Made by a program: the position numbers and the translations under genes. This document shows positions 1-14,088 of a stretch of 64,000 bases of DNA, piece after piece. Each line of letters begins with the position of its first letter. Positions within the stretch are counted from its first letter, which is position 1. A model generated the notes under the pieces. The model made no database searches and had not been told where the DNA came from. It saw nothing but the letters and a program-made list of their open reading frames with translations. Origin of the DNA: Chrysomallon squamiferum (Eukaryota; Animalia; Mollusca); the NCBI GenBank assembly GCA_012295275.1, contig CM022673.1:1922001-1986000 (forward strand), given 5' to 3'.

Positions 1-699
1 TGTAGTGTTCGGAATTAGTTAATTAAAGCACCAGTTTTGACTTCTTGTGTTTGTGCGTTTGTTTGTGTGAGCGGATTTGTTTATGTATGTGTGAATAGTC
101 GTATTTGTGTCGGTATATGTGTACTGAATAGAAAATAAAATCTTACTCTTCGTCTCATTTTGACTCTTTCGCTCGTTATTTCTCTGTCTGTCTGTCTGTC
201 TGTCTGTCCATCTAACTGTATTACTTTATCATTTCGCTATATTTTCAAAATCGTGTAATAAAACTTCAACTTAATCTTATTAACCACTGTGGGCTTTTTT
301 AGAACGAGAAAGTTATTCGTAAATTTCAAGAGAGCTGTAAGCACCCAAAACGTTAAGTCTAGACATAAGGTGCAGAGATGAAATTTAATATTTAACGTTC
401 AGTACCAGCTAATTTAGTGCAGTACTACACAGTCTTTGAACTCTACTATAGAACTCGTGAACTAGTTAAATATTTTGTCTTTGTTGGGTTCTTTCTTTCT
501 ATTTAATATATTGTTTATCCCGAAATATTTATTTGTCAGTGATATGAACTAGCTCGTGGATTCAGCAAAATAAATGTTAACGACATCGAGCACATACACA
601 GTAAATTGATAAACTTTTTCAAACGCTCCCTTTGATCTCCAGACTCTCAAAGACCTGAAAAAGAAAAAATGTGAATGATTTTACTGCACTGAGCTGTGT

Positions 700-1008
700 C
701 AGTGAACGAACAACAAAACACAAAGGAGACAACTACAACCAGCTTTCACGGGATGATGATGCACCTGAGAACAGGTCACTGTAGATTAAACGATTCGCTG
801 CGTGTGTGAACCTGACATTTTAGAACAGTTTCTTTGACAGTGGAGAATTTTCTGCAGCATTGGCCCACCCTATCAAAGAACGTAAGGAAAGCAGCCTTGC
901 CTTCAGCAAAAATCTCGAAGAAGAAACGTTTTCAACCCATGGAGAACTTGCATTTGCTCAGACTACTAGGGTCCCTGTCTGAGTGTTCGAAGACGAAGAA
1001 GAAGGAAG
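700..1008 (+). mobile_element. Decayed 3' end of a non-LTR retrotransposon (RNase H-containing, I/Ingi-like group)
   Basis: Frameshifted translation gives GDNYNQLSR / LRTGHCRLN (765-791) / LTVENFLQHWP...RKAALP...KRFQPMENL. This is the LRTGH motif plus an eroded CCHC zinc knuckle (TxEHxLxxCP) typical of LINE ORF2 C-termini, followed by a (GAA)n tail at 989-1008. Confidence 0.75.
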
Positions 1009-1395
1009 TATTATTTCGGTTTTGGCTTCCCTAAGGAATTGATGGTTTTGTTTCAAACTAATTGATCCATCTCAGAATGGGTGATATCAAACAATGAAAC
1101 TCGATCTCTGTAATCTATCTATGCGATGCTTCTGTGTTCACGGCATTATTTCATTGACTTTGATTTGTTATTCTAATAATATTACAAAAAAGAAACCCTA
1201 TTTTATTATTTGTTCAGAACAAATAAACTGTATTTCATTTTAGAGATTGAAATTTTTTCATCGTATTATTTCTTGTTGAACAAATTGTGTATATAATGAT
1301 GACGACGATGATAAATAAATAAATAAATATAAAAGAAAGAAAAACAATCAAACAAGGAAAGAGATCGAAAGAGAAAGAAATCGAGACACACCCCC

Positions 1396-1428
<33 letters not shown>

Positions 1429-2619
1429 CAACAACAACCTCTGACAGTTTAATATTTGCGTACGGCTGAAAATATTGTCGACGATTTACTCGGATTTAAT
1501 TTCAGCCTGAACAAGAACAATCAGCAGCGCTTCAACAACGCGGATACCTAATCAGCGGAGGAAAACGTGGCGAGAATTTTCTATTGAGAATCAGCGTCCA
1601 CTCATTCACGCGTCTATTGGCTGAGTCGAAGGGCGAGTCAGTGGACACAGCGAACTCAAACAAAACGTCGTTGTTCGTTACACTGCCTTACTGAGGACGA
1701 ATGATCATTTACGACTGCGAGAAAAAATAAAAGAGATTCTAAATTGTGAAGACAGGACGAGTACAAACTTTTGAAACGAGTGTTGACCTTTCTGAACGTG
1801 GTTCTTGAAGAATGAAATGTTTGCATCATCCAAAGTTTTCCGTCAAAGACGGCTGAGATTTTATTCTGAAGGAAGCTCACGAAAACAGTTAACATCAGCG
1901 GTTATTTTATGAGTTTATTTTCACAGAAAATAGTAGCACTGATCTTTATAAATGCAGAGCTAGTGTAATCTCTCTACTCATTTCGAAATTCAGTTAAATA
2001 CAGCGGCAACTTCATTGTTCTGATTTACCTGATCCACATTATTAACGTAGTCTTGTTTTTTCTTCTCCAGACAAAATAACCTCATTCTAATTAACCTACT
2101 GACCTATTTTTATTTTAAGATAATTAACACTGTTCAGTGGTTTGCACATCAAAAATCATTCGCAGACGAAACTATATAGGGCATCAAATATAGCATTTCA
2201 TCCTAGAGATCCTTAATGATTCTTTTTTTTTCTCTTCAGTAATGCATGAGAATAGATGACAACATGAATGAGAAGAAAGCGATACTACTTCTGTTGTAAG
2301 AGCTATTTATTTTCAAATGACATCAAGTAATCGGTTACATAAGAAAATAAAGAAAACGATTCTAAGTTCTACTGTGATCTCATTGTAAGTTATTTTACAT
2401 AATTATTATAAAGTATTGGACTGATTGTCTGTGAGGATGTTTTAAAATAAGTTAAGAATTTCTGAAAACGAAGGCGGCAGGATTATGGTGACATATCATT
2501 AAAGATGAAATTAGTTCCACTGCTGTGAACCTCAGCGGCGGTGGCATCAGTGATAGCAGCAGCAGCAGCAACATTGTTTTTTTAAATCATAGATCAACAG
2601 CAACAACAAAATGTAATAG

Positions 2620-2686
2620 ATAAAAAAAAAAAAAAAAAAAAAATAAAATAAAATAAAGTAACATAAAAAAAAAAAAAATAATAATA

Positions 2687-2725
<39 letters not shown>

Positions 2726-2766
2726 AAATGAAATAAAATAAAATAAAATAAAATAAAACAAACAAA

Positions 2767-2829
<63 letters not shown>

Positions 2830-2830
2830 A
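2620..2830. repeat. poly(A)/(AAAAT)n/(AAAT)n compound microsatellite
   Basis: Directly visible. Confidence 0.95.
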
Positions 2831-3300
2831 CATGAAAACAAATAATTAAGAGCGTCCCTTCGTGCTGGACATGAATGTAGTTTATCACAATTGATTTATA
2901 TATGTAATTAATAAATGAAGACTAATAGTTTGTCGTATTCACAGTGTGAATTCTGGAAGCAAAAGCTATAAAAATCCAATAAACGGATCAATATTTACAC
3001 AGCTTGATTTTTGTTTGTTTGGCCTAAAGGTTGTAATTTCAAAAAATACTCGCGCTTTTTACGTTAAGTCGTTTTTACAAACACTGTTTTCAATTACCAA
3101 ATGAAATTCCGGAGACTTAATTCGATTTAACAGAGATAATATGCATAGGAATTTATCTTTACGATTCTGAAACGGTCATGTATATAATAAAATAACAAAA
3201 AATTAAATTAGCTTCAGCTATTTTGTATTCTAAATATAAACGCACACTAGGTCCGCTATTAATTTTTTTTTATCGCAACTATCTATTTTTCGAAATTGCG

Positions 3301-3337
<37 letters not shown>

Positions 3338-3568
3338 TATGTGGTAAAATATAATGAATATTCTATGGGATATGCAAATAAACGTCTTTTTCTCGCAAAG
3401 ATAATTTTGATAACTAATCAAAATTACTCTAAATTCCTTGTGTACTTACGCCCCGGGCACGACGGTGTTGGCGTGAATAATGACCACGATCTGATAGCAA
3501 AACGTGAAAAATCACTTAAAACATTCTCATCCCGGAATGCATTGAACATTAACTGTGTGGAAAGTAGC

Positions 3569-3630
3569 GACTCCACTGAAGGACTCCACTGAAGGACATC
3601 ACTGAAGGACTCCACTGAAGGACACCACTG
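3569..3630. repeat. 13-bp minisatellite (GACTCCACTGAAG), about 4.8 copies
   Basis: Directly visible tandem units with CTC/CAT/CAC variation. Confidence 0.95.
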
Positions 3631-3986
3631 GTTTAATAAAAACCTCTTTTTCCCAGAAACTGATATAATTTGACATCACGTCATCGTGTTTAATTAACAA
3701 CATCGTTTGTTTAGATTTATTAGCGTTATGCTGATCGCAGGAAAACACGGAAAAACGTTAATTAACTGTAGTTTGTTTTGTAACGGTATTCACGTCTTCT
3801 TCAAATTATATCACATAAGATTGTTATCAGCTTTTTTTTTTATATATATATATATTTTTTTCTTTGTTGTTATTCGTTTTTCTGCGGAACTGGAAGAAAA
3901 TTCACATACCAAGATAACTGGCTGAATGAAAGCTATTTTTTTTTATGAATCGCAAAACTCTTGACATACCCAAACCAGATAGCCTT

Positions 3987-4019
3987 TATTATTATTATTA
4001 TTACTATTACTATTATTAC

Positions 4020-4106
<87 letters not shown>
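3987..4106. repeat. (ATT)n microsatellite
   Basis: Directly visible. Confidence 0.97.
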
Positions 4107-5366
4107 CGTGACTTCCTTGCTAATCTTCATCATAAAAAAGAGAATTCTTTACTCACGAACCAGTCTGTACAAGCACTTAAGATAAATTAGTTATTTGCAT
4201 AAAAGTCATTCTGTATTATAACCTGTTCTTTATTCTGCATTCTTATTCACTCGTGGGCTTTCAATCACTCTTTCTTACGTTGTGTTTTTTTTTTGAAATG
4301 GAAAGAGAATGAATCTGCAATTTCCCGTCCTGTAAAAGGCGCTTTCTGAAGTGTGGAGTGACTGTCAGAGTCTTTTGAAGCGGAGGCCAAGGCCCGTCTC
4401 AATGACGTTTGATCGTATTGAACAGCGAACCCGCCAAACCGCAGCAATGAAATAAAATGAAAAAGATGTGGACTGAATTGCTGGTCGAAGATTGTGAAGT
4501 TTCATCAATTTTCAGCAATGATAGATCTCAATGAAATTTCGCTTATTGACATACATCCACAATTTAAATGCCCAACTTCGATTGGATTGAAAAAAAAAAA
4601 AAAAAAGAAGAAGAAGAAGAAGAAAGTATTACAATGGAAATTTAATTTTCTTCTTATACGCGTTTTATAACGTCAGCTGAGATTTTTTCTCTCTCTCTCT
4701 CTCCAGAAATAAGATGGTTTTGTAGTAGTAGTAGTCATAACATCTCGAACAGATTTGTGATGACGTCTTTCATCAAGTTGTGACGTTGTATCGTATCTCG
4801 TTATCGTAGAATTTCTGTGATTTGTGTCGCGATTCGACAAAACGAGTCATTGTTGTTCATTGACAAAAAGCTCGGGCTTTGTGGCGTTAAGGGTTTCCAA
4901 ATTTGATGTAATCTACCGGACGGGGATTCCTGCAAGGCAAATTCATCCACTGCTCGTTTGTTTAAGTGTCGCTGCAAAGGTCGCGAGTTTAAATTGAGGA
5001 TTCGTGATTGAGTTCAAGTTTACGCCACTTATTACTGATGAAACGAGAATGTGGACTCTGGACAAACAGACTGAAAGGTGCAAACACTCTACTAACCCAG
5101 TATCTTTAAAATGGACACCTCATTTGCATCGTAATATCTCCGGAAATAAAATATTTCCATGTATGACGTAACTAACTTTTATAATTAGACATGAAAGAAT
5201 TATTGCTCTCTGTGGAATGGTGGCTCATTTTCCATTCTAAAGAGAATATTTATATCTTACTGCAAAACCTGACATCATTGATCTTTAGGAAAAGTATCTA
5301 TTTGTCTTTCTCTGTCGTTATATATATCTCTTATTCTTCTTTTATTTTTCTCTCTATAAATCTGTT

Positions 5367-5368
<2 letters not shown>

Positions 5369-5460
<92 letters not shown>
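5369..5460. repeat. (CT)n(CA)n microsatellite
   Basis: Directly visible. Confidence 0.97.
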
Positions 5461-5461
<1 letters not shown>

Positions 5462-5719
5462 ACACACAACACATACATGCAATACGTTTGTGTGTGTCTG
5501 CAGGTAAGAACAATGACACGTACTTTTCTTTAGCGACATGTTTGTACAAAATGCTGCTTTGTTATTAATTTTAGAATTTCACTTCGTTTACACACTTTAT
5601 CATTTAATCCAGTAAAACACGCTTAGTTTACAATTATAAAGATTACAACGTGTTGAGTGTAAAAAAGGAGCAGATGAAAGAGACGGTAATAAGAATTTCT
5701 CTCGTTTTAGGTAGTAAAT

Positions 5720-5793
5720 TGCCAGTGGGATTCGAACCCTTTACCTTTCAGTTTGTAAGTTCGAGAAACTAACAATTTCATCACCACAGTCGG
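5720..5793 (-). pseudogene. tRNA-like / tRNA-derived SINE head remnant
   Basis: Perfect B-box T-arm GGGTTCGAATCCC (5727-5739, minus) with a degenerate A-box (TGGTGATGAAATTGTTAG) at tRNA-like spacing. Acceptor and anticodon stems do not pair properly. Confidence 0.55.
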
Positions 5794-6674
5794 TGATAAA
5801 TTTCAAGACAGTTCTCGTGTATGTAACGAAATGGACCTTATCCCAACAACGTCAAACCAATATTGGGTAAATTGCGTTAGCCTGCTAGAAAAAACATTAA
5901 ATGAATCCCATTAAAACGAAATTTACCGAGGAGTTACTGTTATTCCGCGTCACTTTTAATCCTTTTCTCAAACCAGTTGCTTAATTTATGAAGCCGTTAA
6001 AGTTACGACAAAACTGGCGCTTGCTAGTAAATTAACCTTTTTCTAAACCAGAAGACGCCATGCAGTAAAATTAGTCCTGAAGAATCGTAACCGACAGGTC
6101 GGAAATAGAGATATGAGGCTGCGTGTTTGCGCATTACCTTAGCAAAGAAGACTCTTAAATGTAAAGCTGATTTCAATTTACTTTTTTTTTTTTTTTTTTA
6201 CATGGGGGTCTTTTCGACGTGTGTTTTCATAATTTGGGTCAAGCTGGAAATAATTCTGTCTGTTAAGACAGCTCGTAGAGGAAGATTGATGCAGTGATTA
6301 TTTTTATTAAAAATGATTTGGTTTGATATGCTCTAAAGGTGAATGACATACTTTATTCTTTCTTCTTCTTTTTTTTTTTGTCTTTACATTTTCAAAAATA
6401 AAGATAAAAATAAAATTAAAAATTTCAAAACAGAGAGCGAATGGATAAGTCTCGTTCATTTAACATGAGACATTTGGTGAAGGATTGTGGAAAATTAAAT
6501 TAGACTGAAATGTAGAGCAATGATTAATTACTTCGACCTTATTGCTTGAAACTCTATACCGGATTGAACAAACAATGATGTATTACTTAATATAGGATAA
6601 TTGCATAGGGAGCGAAAAATAAGTTATCTTAGAAAAAAAAGGTGAGGAAGAATGTAAGCAGGCTGAACGAATAC

Positions 6675-7210
<536 letters not shown>

Positions 7211-8245
7211 ATTCTACAAATCTCGCCCATTAAAAATTTCAAGACAGCTCCACTCATTATAATTCCCAACATGAAAATCAAAAGTTATGGCTTTTCTAAA
7301 TACTTCACTATTTGCCCTGCTCTTCAGACTTCATCATATAAATGTGGAATATATTACGACAAAATTACACGCGTGGCCAGTTCGCGTTAAATCCGATCGC
7401 TGCGCTGATTGGTTCTTGTAGACTCGGTCACTGATATTCAAGATTTATTTCGCCTCTATTAAGCTAGAACGACTACCGGTCTACGATGAAGATAAAAGGA
7501 GAACTGTGTTTTCCAGACTAAATCTAGGTGAGAACAGAACTGGCGATTCTGGTCTCATTTACTGAAAAACAAAGTTACTGAACTGCACGATACAGTATTT
7601 TAATGCATTTCATTACGGTATTGTTCTTGCGTGAGATAAAAACCGTAATTTGATGTCGAATTGAATTAACTGTGGCAGCTTATTTTGTCCTCCAGATAGT
7701 GCGATAAATAAAACAACTAAATTAGAAAACTGGAAAAAAAAAATAATAATAATTATAGCGACCGTATAATAACAAGATTAATCACTAGATAGTAAAATTA
7801 GAACATATAGTTCAACATTAATGTCATTAAACATCTTATATACCGTAACATATAAAACAAAACACCCATTATTCGTATCCATTTAACATAATAAATAACC
7901 CGTTATCACACTACATGTAATAGCTAATACTGTGTTTGCTGATCAAATAACTGTAACATTACTCTGTAACAATACGTACAGTTTATTTTAACAATGCCAT
8001 CATAAACTAGTTTTCTTTTCACAAAAGGCAATCGATGTTTTTACATTATATTATTCTCGTTAAGAAAAAAGAAAAAACAAAAAAAAGAACTAGACGAGTT
8101 GAGAAATGTGTGTTAAAACATTGCTTATTGAAGGTACTCGTTTCGGGCTGAAAATTAAATGTTCTATATCAGTTAATAAGATATTTTCGCTCAAGATAAA
8201 ATAGTAATAATAATAGTAATAATAATAATAATAACAATAATAAAA

Positions 8246-8318
<73 letters not shown>

Positions 8319-8854
8319 TTAAAACATATGCATATATATACCTTTGTGTGTTTACAAATTTTAATTATGTGTTGTTTGTAGATTTAGTGTAGTTTTCTTT
8401 TTGTGTAATTTTCTCTGCAGTCCAGGTGGTTTTAATATTTCTTGCTCAGTTTACTGATACTAGTTGGCATAAAAGTGTATTCTACGTTCATGTGCTTTTT
8501 ATGTTGAATAAATTCAAAGCCTACCGTTATTTTCGATTCTTTAACCGTTTATGTTTGTTCATGTATATTTATGCGTGTGCCGTGTGTGTGTGTGTAGGTT
8601 TGTTATGGTGTATGTGTATATGTGTGCTCTGGTAAGCTTATGTTTGTGAGTGCACATATGTGCGAGTGCATTTCAAAGTATATATAGGTTAGGTTTATTT
8701 CTTCCACTTTGTATATTTAAAAAATCAGTCCTGGTATTGGTAGACAATGTTATATTTTCGTAAAAACATTTCCTTCCATTCTTGTTTTCTTTTTATAAGA
8801 TCTGAAAACTATTTTCAGATTTTTCTTACTTCAATATAGGAGTCATTACTGCTC

Positions 8855-9150
8855 TATTTTCAGTCACTTGTCTCAGAGGTGTCAATCGATTCGAAAAAAA
8901 AAAAAAAAAAAAGAAGAGAGAGAGAGAAAAAAATCAAAAATAAATACTGACTCCTAATTAATAGCGAAAATAACCTCACCAGACGACGCCATGTTGATTA
9001 ACTGGGTTGAATTTTAAAGTGCAATTATGACGTCATTCCGGTTCAGCGCAGGAGCATGCAGTGAACTTCCGGTTGAGTGGACAAGCACAGGAGAAAATGT
9101 TTTCTTCTCTTGATGTTAATTAATTTGTAGAATGCAAACCGACGGAGGAA
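8855..9150 (+). repeat. Dispersed repeat family A, copy 1
   Basis: Shares AATACTGACTCCTAATTwATAGCGAAAATAA...GCCATGTTGATTAACTGGGTTGAA..TTAAAGTGCAATTATGACG...TTCCGGTTCAGCGCAGkAGCATGCAGT with 13852-14088. Confidence 0.9.
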
Positions 9151-9369
9151 ACCTTACTTATGTCCAGTAATTACAAAGCCTTCTTCATTTTCTTTTTTTT
9201 TTGTTTTGTTTTTGTTTCTGTTTTTCCAAACTGTTTCTTTATTCCGGTACGTAACTTTCATTTTACGTTTGCACTGTATTCGAAAACTAAAATTAAAATT
9301 ATAAAAATTACAAATGAATTAAGCACCTATAAGTATTTAAAAACACAATAGAACGAACAAATTCAATAC

Positions 9370-9414
<45 letters not shown>

Positions 9415-11244
9415 TTTGAAAAAAACCCACCATATAAATAAAAAACAATAAGAAGAAGAAGTAGAAGAAGAACAGAAATCTGAATGCCATCACAAATATT
9501 TAACTGTGCCAGTATTGAAATAATTACAGAATATACCTTGAAAATACTGAATACGAATAGTTTTGCATCAGAATATTGCGTTTTGTGTTATGATCGAAAA
9601 CAAATATTAGTCTACTGCGTTAATAATTCTTATCAGTCAAGTTTGAGATGTAATTTCGTTTTCTGCTTTATTATTCAATAACAATAAGAACATAATTTTA
9701 TTACTGTAAAATAATATCTACTGATAGTTGGCTGAATAAACAAGCCACAAATTAGCTTTACTTACATTGCACGTTTAGCAAGATCAAAATGGTAACTATA
9801 GTAAATAAATGCTTAAACTTGATCAAGACGCATACTCTAATGTGATTTCAGTGTTATCCTTATTAATGAAATATTTGCATAATATTATTATCATATTGCT
9901 TATATAATTGAATATATTCGATTGTGTTACCACCCAAACACGTTTCAAAGAGGTTAAAATTTCACCTCGATCAAAAAGAATTTGTCTCTTGTTTGGTGAT
10001 AAAGAAATTGCTTTTGTGTGTCTAAAAAAAAAAAAAAGCTTGATCTTCATTTGTGATTTTATCCACACAAAGTTAAGGTTAAATCTTTATTCATTCAGAC
10101 TAATTAGAAAATTCAAAATATACAGCACATATGATGTGTGTGTATATGTCTATGAACGGAAATGAAGAAGAGAATGTCTGTCTGACTGTCTGTCTGTCTG
10201 CCTGTCTGTCTGCCTGTCTGTATGTATGTATGTAAATCGGCTTCAAATAATATGTATTATATACTTTGTGCATCGATTCTCTTCTTCATTTTTCTTCAGA
10301 TCGGATTTGTTTTTAAACACCTCATTCTTCTTTAGCTCTCAGTGAAATTGAATCACCTTTTTTCTTCTTCTTCTTCATTCTGTTTCACCACTTAGTTTAA
10401 TTGGACTTTACTTCAATTATATTTACTTTGCTTTCTTTTGATCACACTTAGATACTTTTCCGTTGAGCCATAACTCACAGATTATACTTATACGAAACAT
10501 TGCTGGAAGTTCCTAAAGTCTAACATGTGTAATGGAGTCAGGAAAACACTAAATGACATCAATCGTAAATCAAAAAAAAAAAAAGAGCTGCTAACACTTC
10601 CGTGTTCGTTAACTAGAGAGCATGCGATGTAATTCTTCAAACATTTCGACCAGTTGTTCCCATTGCAATGCGAAGGATCAAAAATGTTAGCTATGTCAAT
10701 TTTCCTAATGAAATGATTGATTTTTTTTTTTAAAGACCTAGTCAACATTTCTTGAACTTCAACAGTTAGGTGTGAGAACAACAAAAAAGAAAAAAAAAAA
10801 CAAAAAAAATCTAGAAGATGGAAAACATACTTTATACTTTTTTTTTTTTTTTTTTTTTTAAGATAGCTTTTAGAGATTTCTGCGTTTTGTAACGTGTAAA
10901 ACCTAAACCGAATTTAGCGATGGTTTCGTTTGCGAATGAAATCACTTTGTCTAAATGTGGAACTAAATAGCCGTTGGCTGTGATTAAACAAGGTTTCTGT
11001 TGATACACCGGTATTCGTGCCATGACTAACAGAAATTTTCTTCTCGTTTCTTGAGGAAAAGTGCACGCCTGTAAATTACTGTTTAAAAATAAAATTAAGG
11101 ATTATTCTTCTTTCTTTCTATTGTTATTTCATCACGGTTTTAAACAATGAACACGAAAAGTGCAAAGGAGAGCAGAAGAAGACGAGGAATCAAGAAAAGA
11201 AGAGTTTAATGCTAATCGTGTTTGTCATTTTGATAATGAACAAA

Positions 11245-11780
11245 TCAAACATCGCGATAAATCAAAATGGAAACAGATATCGATTATTACAATGATTCAA
11301 CATGGGGATAAATATCATTTATTTCAGTAACCTAAGATTAGGACAAATATCGGACATTACGATATCTCAAAACGGCGAGGATTTCGATTATTACGATAAT
11401 CTAATATTAAAATAATCATCGATTATCACGATAATTCATTAATAGAAAAAGAAAACGATCATTAAAGTATTTCAGTTCTAGAATTATAATAAAATGTATT
11501 TTAGAAAAAATATCGATTATTTAGATAACACAATACTTAAGGAAATATCAGTTATTACCATAATCCAAAGAAAAAAATCCAAAACCAAAACCAAAACCAC
11601 TACCACAACAAAACTCCAAAATAACTCAAAACAAAAAAACGTCGATACACTAATCTGGCACTATATAGTAGTATTACAAATCATATCGATCAATACAATA
11701 ACTCAGTTCTAGAAATCAAATCGATCTTTATGACAACTTTTCCATAAGAAAATCGAACATCGGCAATAACTCTTCTAAAA
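11245..11780. repeat. Ancient degenerate minisatellite, about 35-bp period, core AATATCGATTATTACGATAA
   Basis: Core variants recur near 11278, 11311, 11347, 11382, 11418, 11455, 11511, 11545, 11685 and 11719. Confidence 0.7.
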
Positions 11781-12317
11781 CTGACCTATTTTCATTATAG
11801 GTGAAATTTTTATTTGTGTTTCCGTTTTTATAATGTTTTTTTATTATTATTATTTTTTATTATTGTTGTTGTTGTTGTTATTGTTGTTAGTATTATTATT
11901 ATCATTATTATTATTATTATTATTATTTTATCTTGAACGAAATGAGATTTTTATGAAATTGCTAAAGTATTATTATATTTAGAATTACCCTCTTAAGTGC
12001 GAAATATTGACATGAATTAAATCATGAAGCGCAAACTAAAATCGATTCACCGCAGCAAAAAAACACTTAATTATTTTTACATGTCCAGTGTGTCTGACGA
12101 AAATAGCATTTAAATAATTAACATACAAACTTACAGATATACAGACGATAGAAAGATAAATATATTATCGACAGTGCTGTCACCAGAAAAGCTAAACTGA
12201 CAGCAAAGGAAATAATTCACGATATCGAGCTTGTTTCAGTATTTCTTTTTTCGATGAAAACAACAATTTAAAAGTAATCTATTCTTTCGTTCATTTTCCT
12301 TATTTCATCTTTATTTT

Positions 12318-12572
12318 TACTACTACTACTACTACTACTACTTCTACTAGCACCACCACAACTACTATTACTACTATTACTTTTATTACTGTTTCTATCA
12401 CTGCTACTGCTACGACAACTACTACCACTGCTATAACTACCACAGTATTTACTATTACTACTACTTTTAACACTATTACACTACTGCCAAAACTATTGCT
12501 ACTACTACAACAACCACTACTGCTATCATTATCACAACTAATAGTACTACTTTTGCTACTACTACTACTAAT
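12318..12572. repeat. Degenerate (ACT)n tract
   Basis: Directly visible. Confidence 0.9.
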
Positions 12573-12842
12573 AAACTGTGCATATTTATGACATTAAGAC
12601 ATCTTCTCTTTTTCAGTTCCTGTTTTTCTTCTTGTCGTCTTTTTTTAGTTCTTTTTTTTTTTCCAGAAGAGTATCATTTCCTGGCATTTTTCTTCAAGCA
12701 GGTCAGACTAAAAATCTGTTACGTCGTAATATGAGCAATTAGACAAAAAGTGGGTCGAAATATTGTGTTAAGTTTCTCTTTTGTTATAAACGTAGGCAGA
12801 CAACATAGCTATATTTAGTTGTGTCCCTTTTGTTGATTCTGA

Positions 12843-12879
<37 letters not shown>

Positions 12880-13697
12880 GTAATAATAATTACGATAAAC
12901 ATTACGATGATGCTGCTGTTGATATTAAAACTAATAATTTTGAAAAGGAAAAAAAAAAATGATCGCATTAGATGTCAACAAGCTTGTTTTTTAATCTTTT
13001 GTTTTTGTTTTTTTTGTTTAATGCATTTGATGACAGCAAGTCTCGATTTTATATTTGAATGGAATTTATAATTCCTCCTAGAATTGTCACAAAACAACAG
13101 CAAAAAAAAAAAAAAAAAATTAAAAATTCAAAAAAAACAACCACGAATGAAAGAAGAAAGGCTGGAATATTTATGCATCTTTGAACTGCCAGTCATTAAT
13201 AAAATAACCATTTTTCAATTGGCTCCAATTAAAAAAAAACAGTTCAAAGAGTAGTAGTGAGAGAGAAAATGAATTCTAGTCAAACCATTAACATATCTGT
13301 TAATAATTTCGTTTGATCGCAAAGAACAGTAATAAATGTTGTCCTCGTTTTCGCATACCGGTCTGATGTTCTGGCATAATGTTTTGGCTAAATTAATAAT
13401 TGAAAACTAAGTCACAAAAATATCGACAGATTTACTGTCGTCAGCTGGAAAACTCCGTATGTGTCTACCTCGTTTTTCTTTCTTCCAAGATTGTAGTCGC
13501 CGTAGTAGACGTGATGGCCGCAATCTGCAAAACCTTGAGCTGTGGATCATGACAACGGAGAAGAACCCCGTAATGACATTTGGTCGGATATGTGATTTAA
13601 ACTGTCCAGAGTTTGGCCTTCAGCTACACAAGCGCAGACTGTGATTGGTTGAAACAAGTTAATTCTGTAGGAGAATTCAGTAAGGATAATCCATTAT

Positions 13698-13820
13698 GGA
13701 ATTAATGTAAATATTAAACATAGGGCTGAAATTGGGAATTAATGTAAAGATTAAATGTAAAGAATTTAAATTGGATATTAATGCAGAGATTAACTGTAGA
13801 ATTTAAAGTTTGGAGTTAAA
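13698..13820. repeat. Degenerate 37-39-bp tandem repeat, about 3 copies
   Basis: GGAATTAATGTAAAkATTAAAyrTA... units start at 13698, 13735, 13773 and 13812. Confidence 0.8.
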
Positions 13821-13851
13821 AGGGCTTAACTGATGTTGATATTATATGTTT

Positions 13852-14088
13852 TATTTTCAGTCACTGTGCTCAAACTTGTCAGTCAAGAAAAAAAAAAAAA
13901 ATACTGACTCCTAATTTATAGCGAAAATAATCTCTCTAGACCATGCCATGTTGATTAACTGGGTTGAAACTTAAAGTGCAATTATGACGCGCTTCCGGTT
14001 CAGCGCAGTAGCATGCAGTCAATGTCTGGCCACATAGACAAGCTCTGAGATTTAAAAAAAAAATTATTTAATAAAAACGTTAATTAAT
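13852..14088 (+). repeat. Dispersed repeat family A, copy 2
   Basis: Same-orientation diverged copy of 8855-9125; it ends where the RTE tail begins. Confidence 0.9.

Noticed and set aside
5720-5793. Functional tRNA gene
   Set aside because: Only the T-arm is intact; acceptor, D and anticodon stems do not form.
6070-6110. Hammerhead ribozyme (CTGAAGA...GAAA); also CTGATGA at about 5035, 20899 and 52561
   Set aside because: Stem II does not close at the core, and stems I/III are missing.
11245-11780. CRISPR-like repeat-spacer array
   Set aside because: The repeats are highly degenerate with related intervening sequence, the context is eukaryotic and there are no cas genes.
8855-14088. LTR retrotransposon bounded by repeat A (likewise repeat B at 52510-57865)
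   Set aside because: No TG...CA termini, primer-binding site, target-site duplication or gag/pol remnants between the copies.
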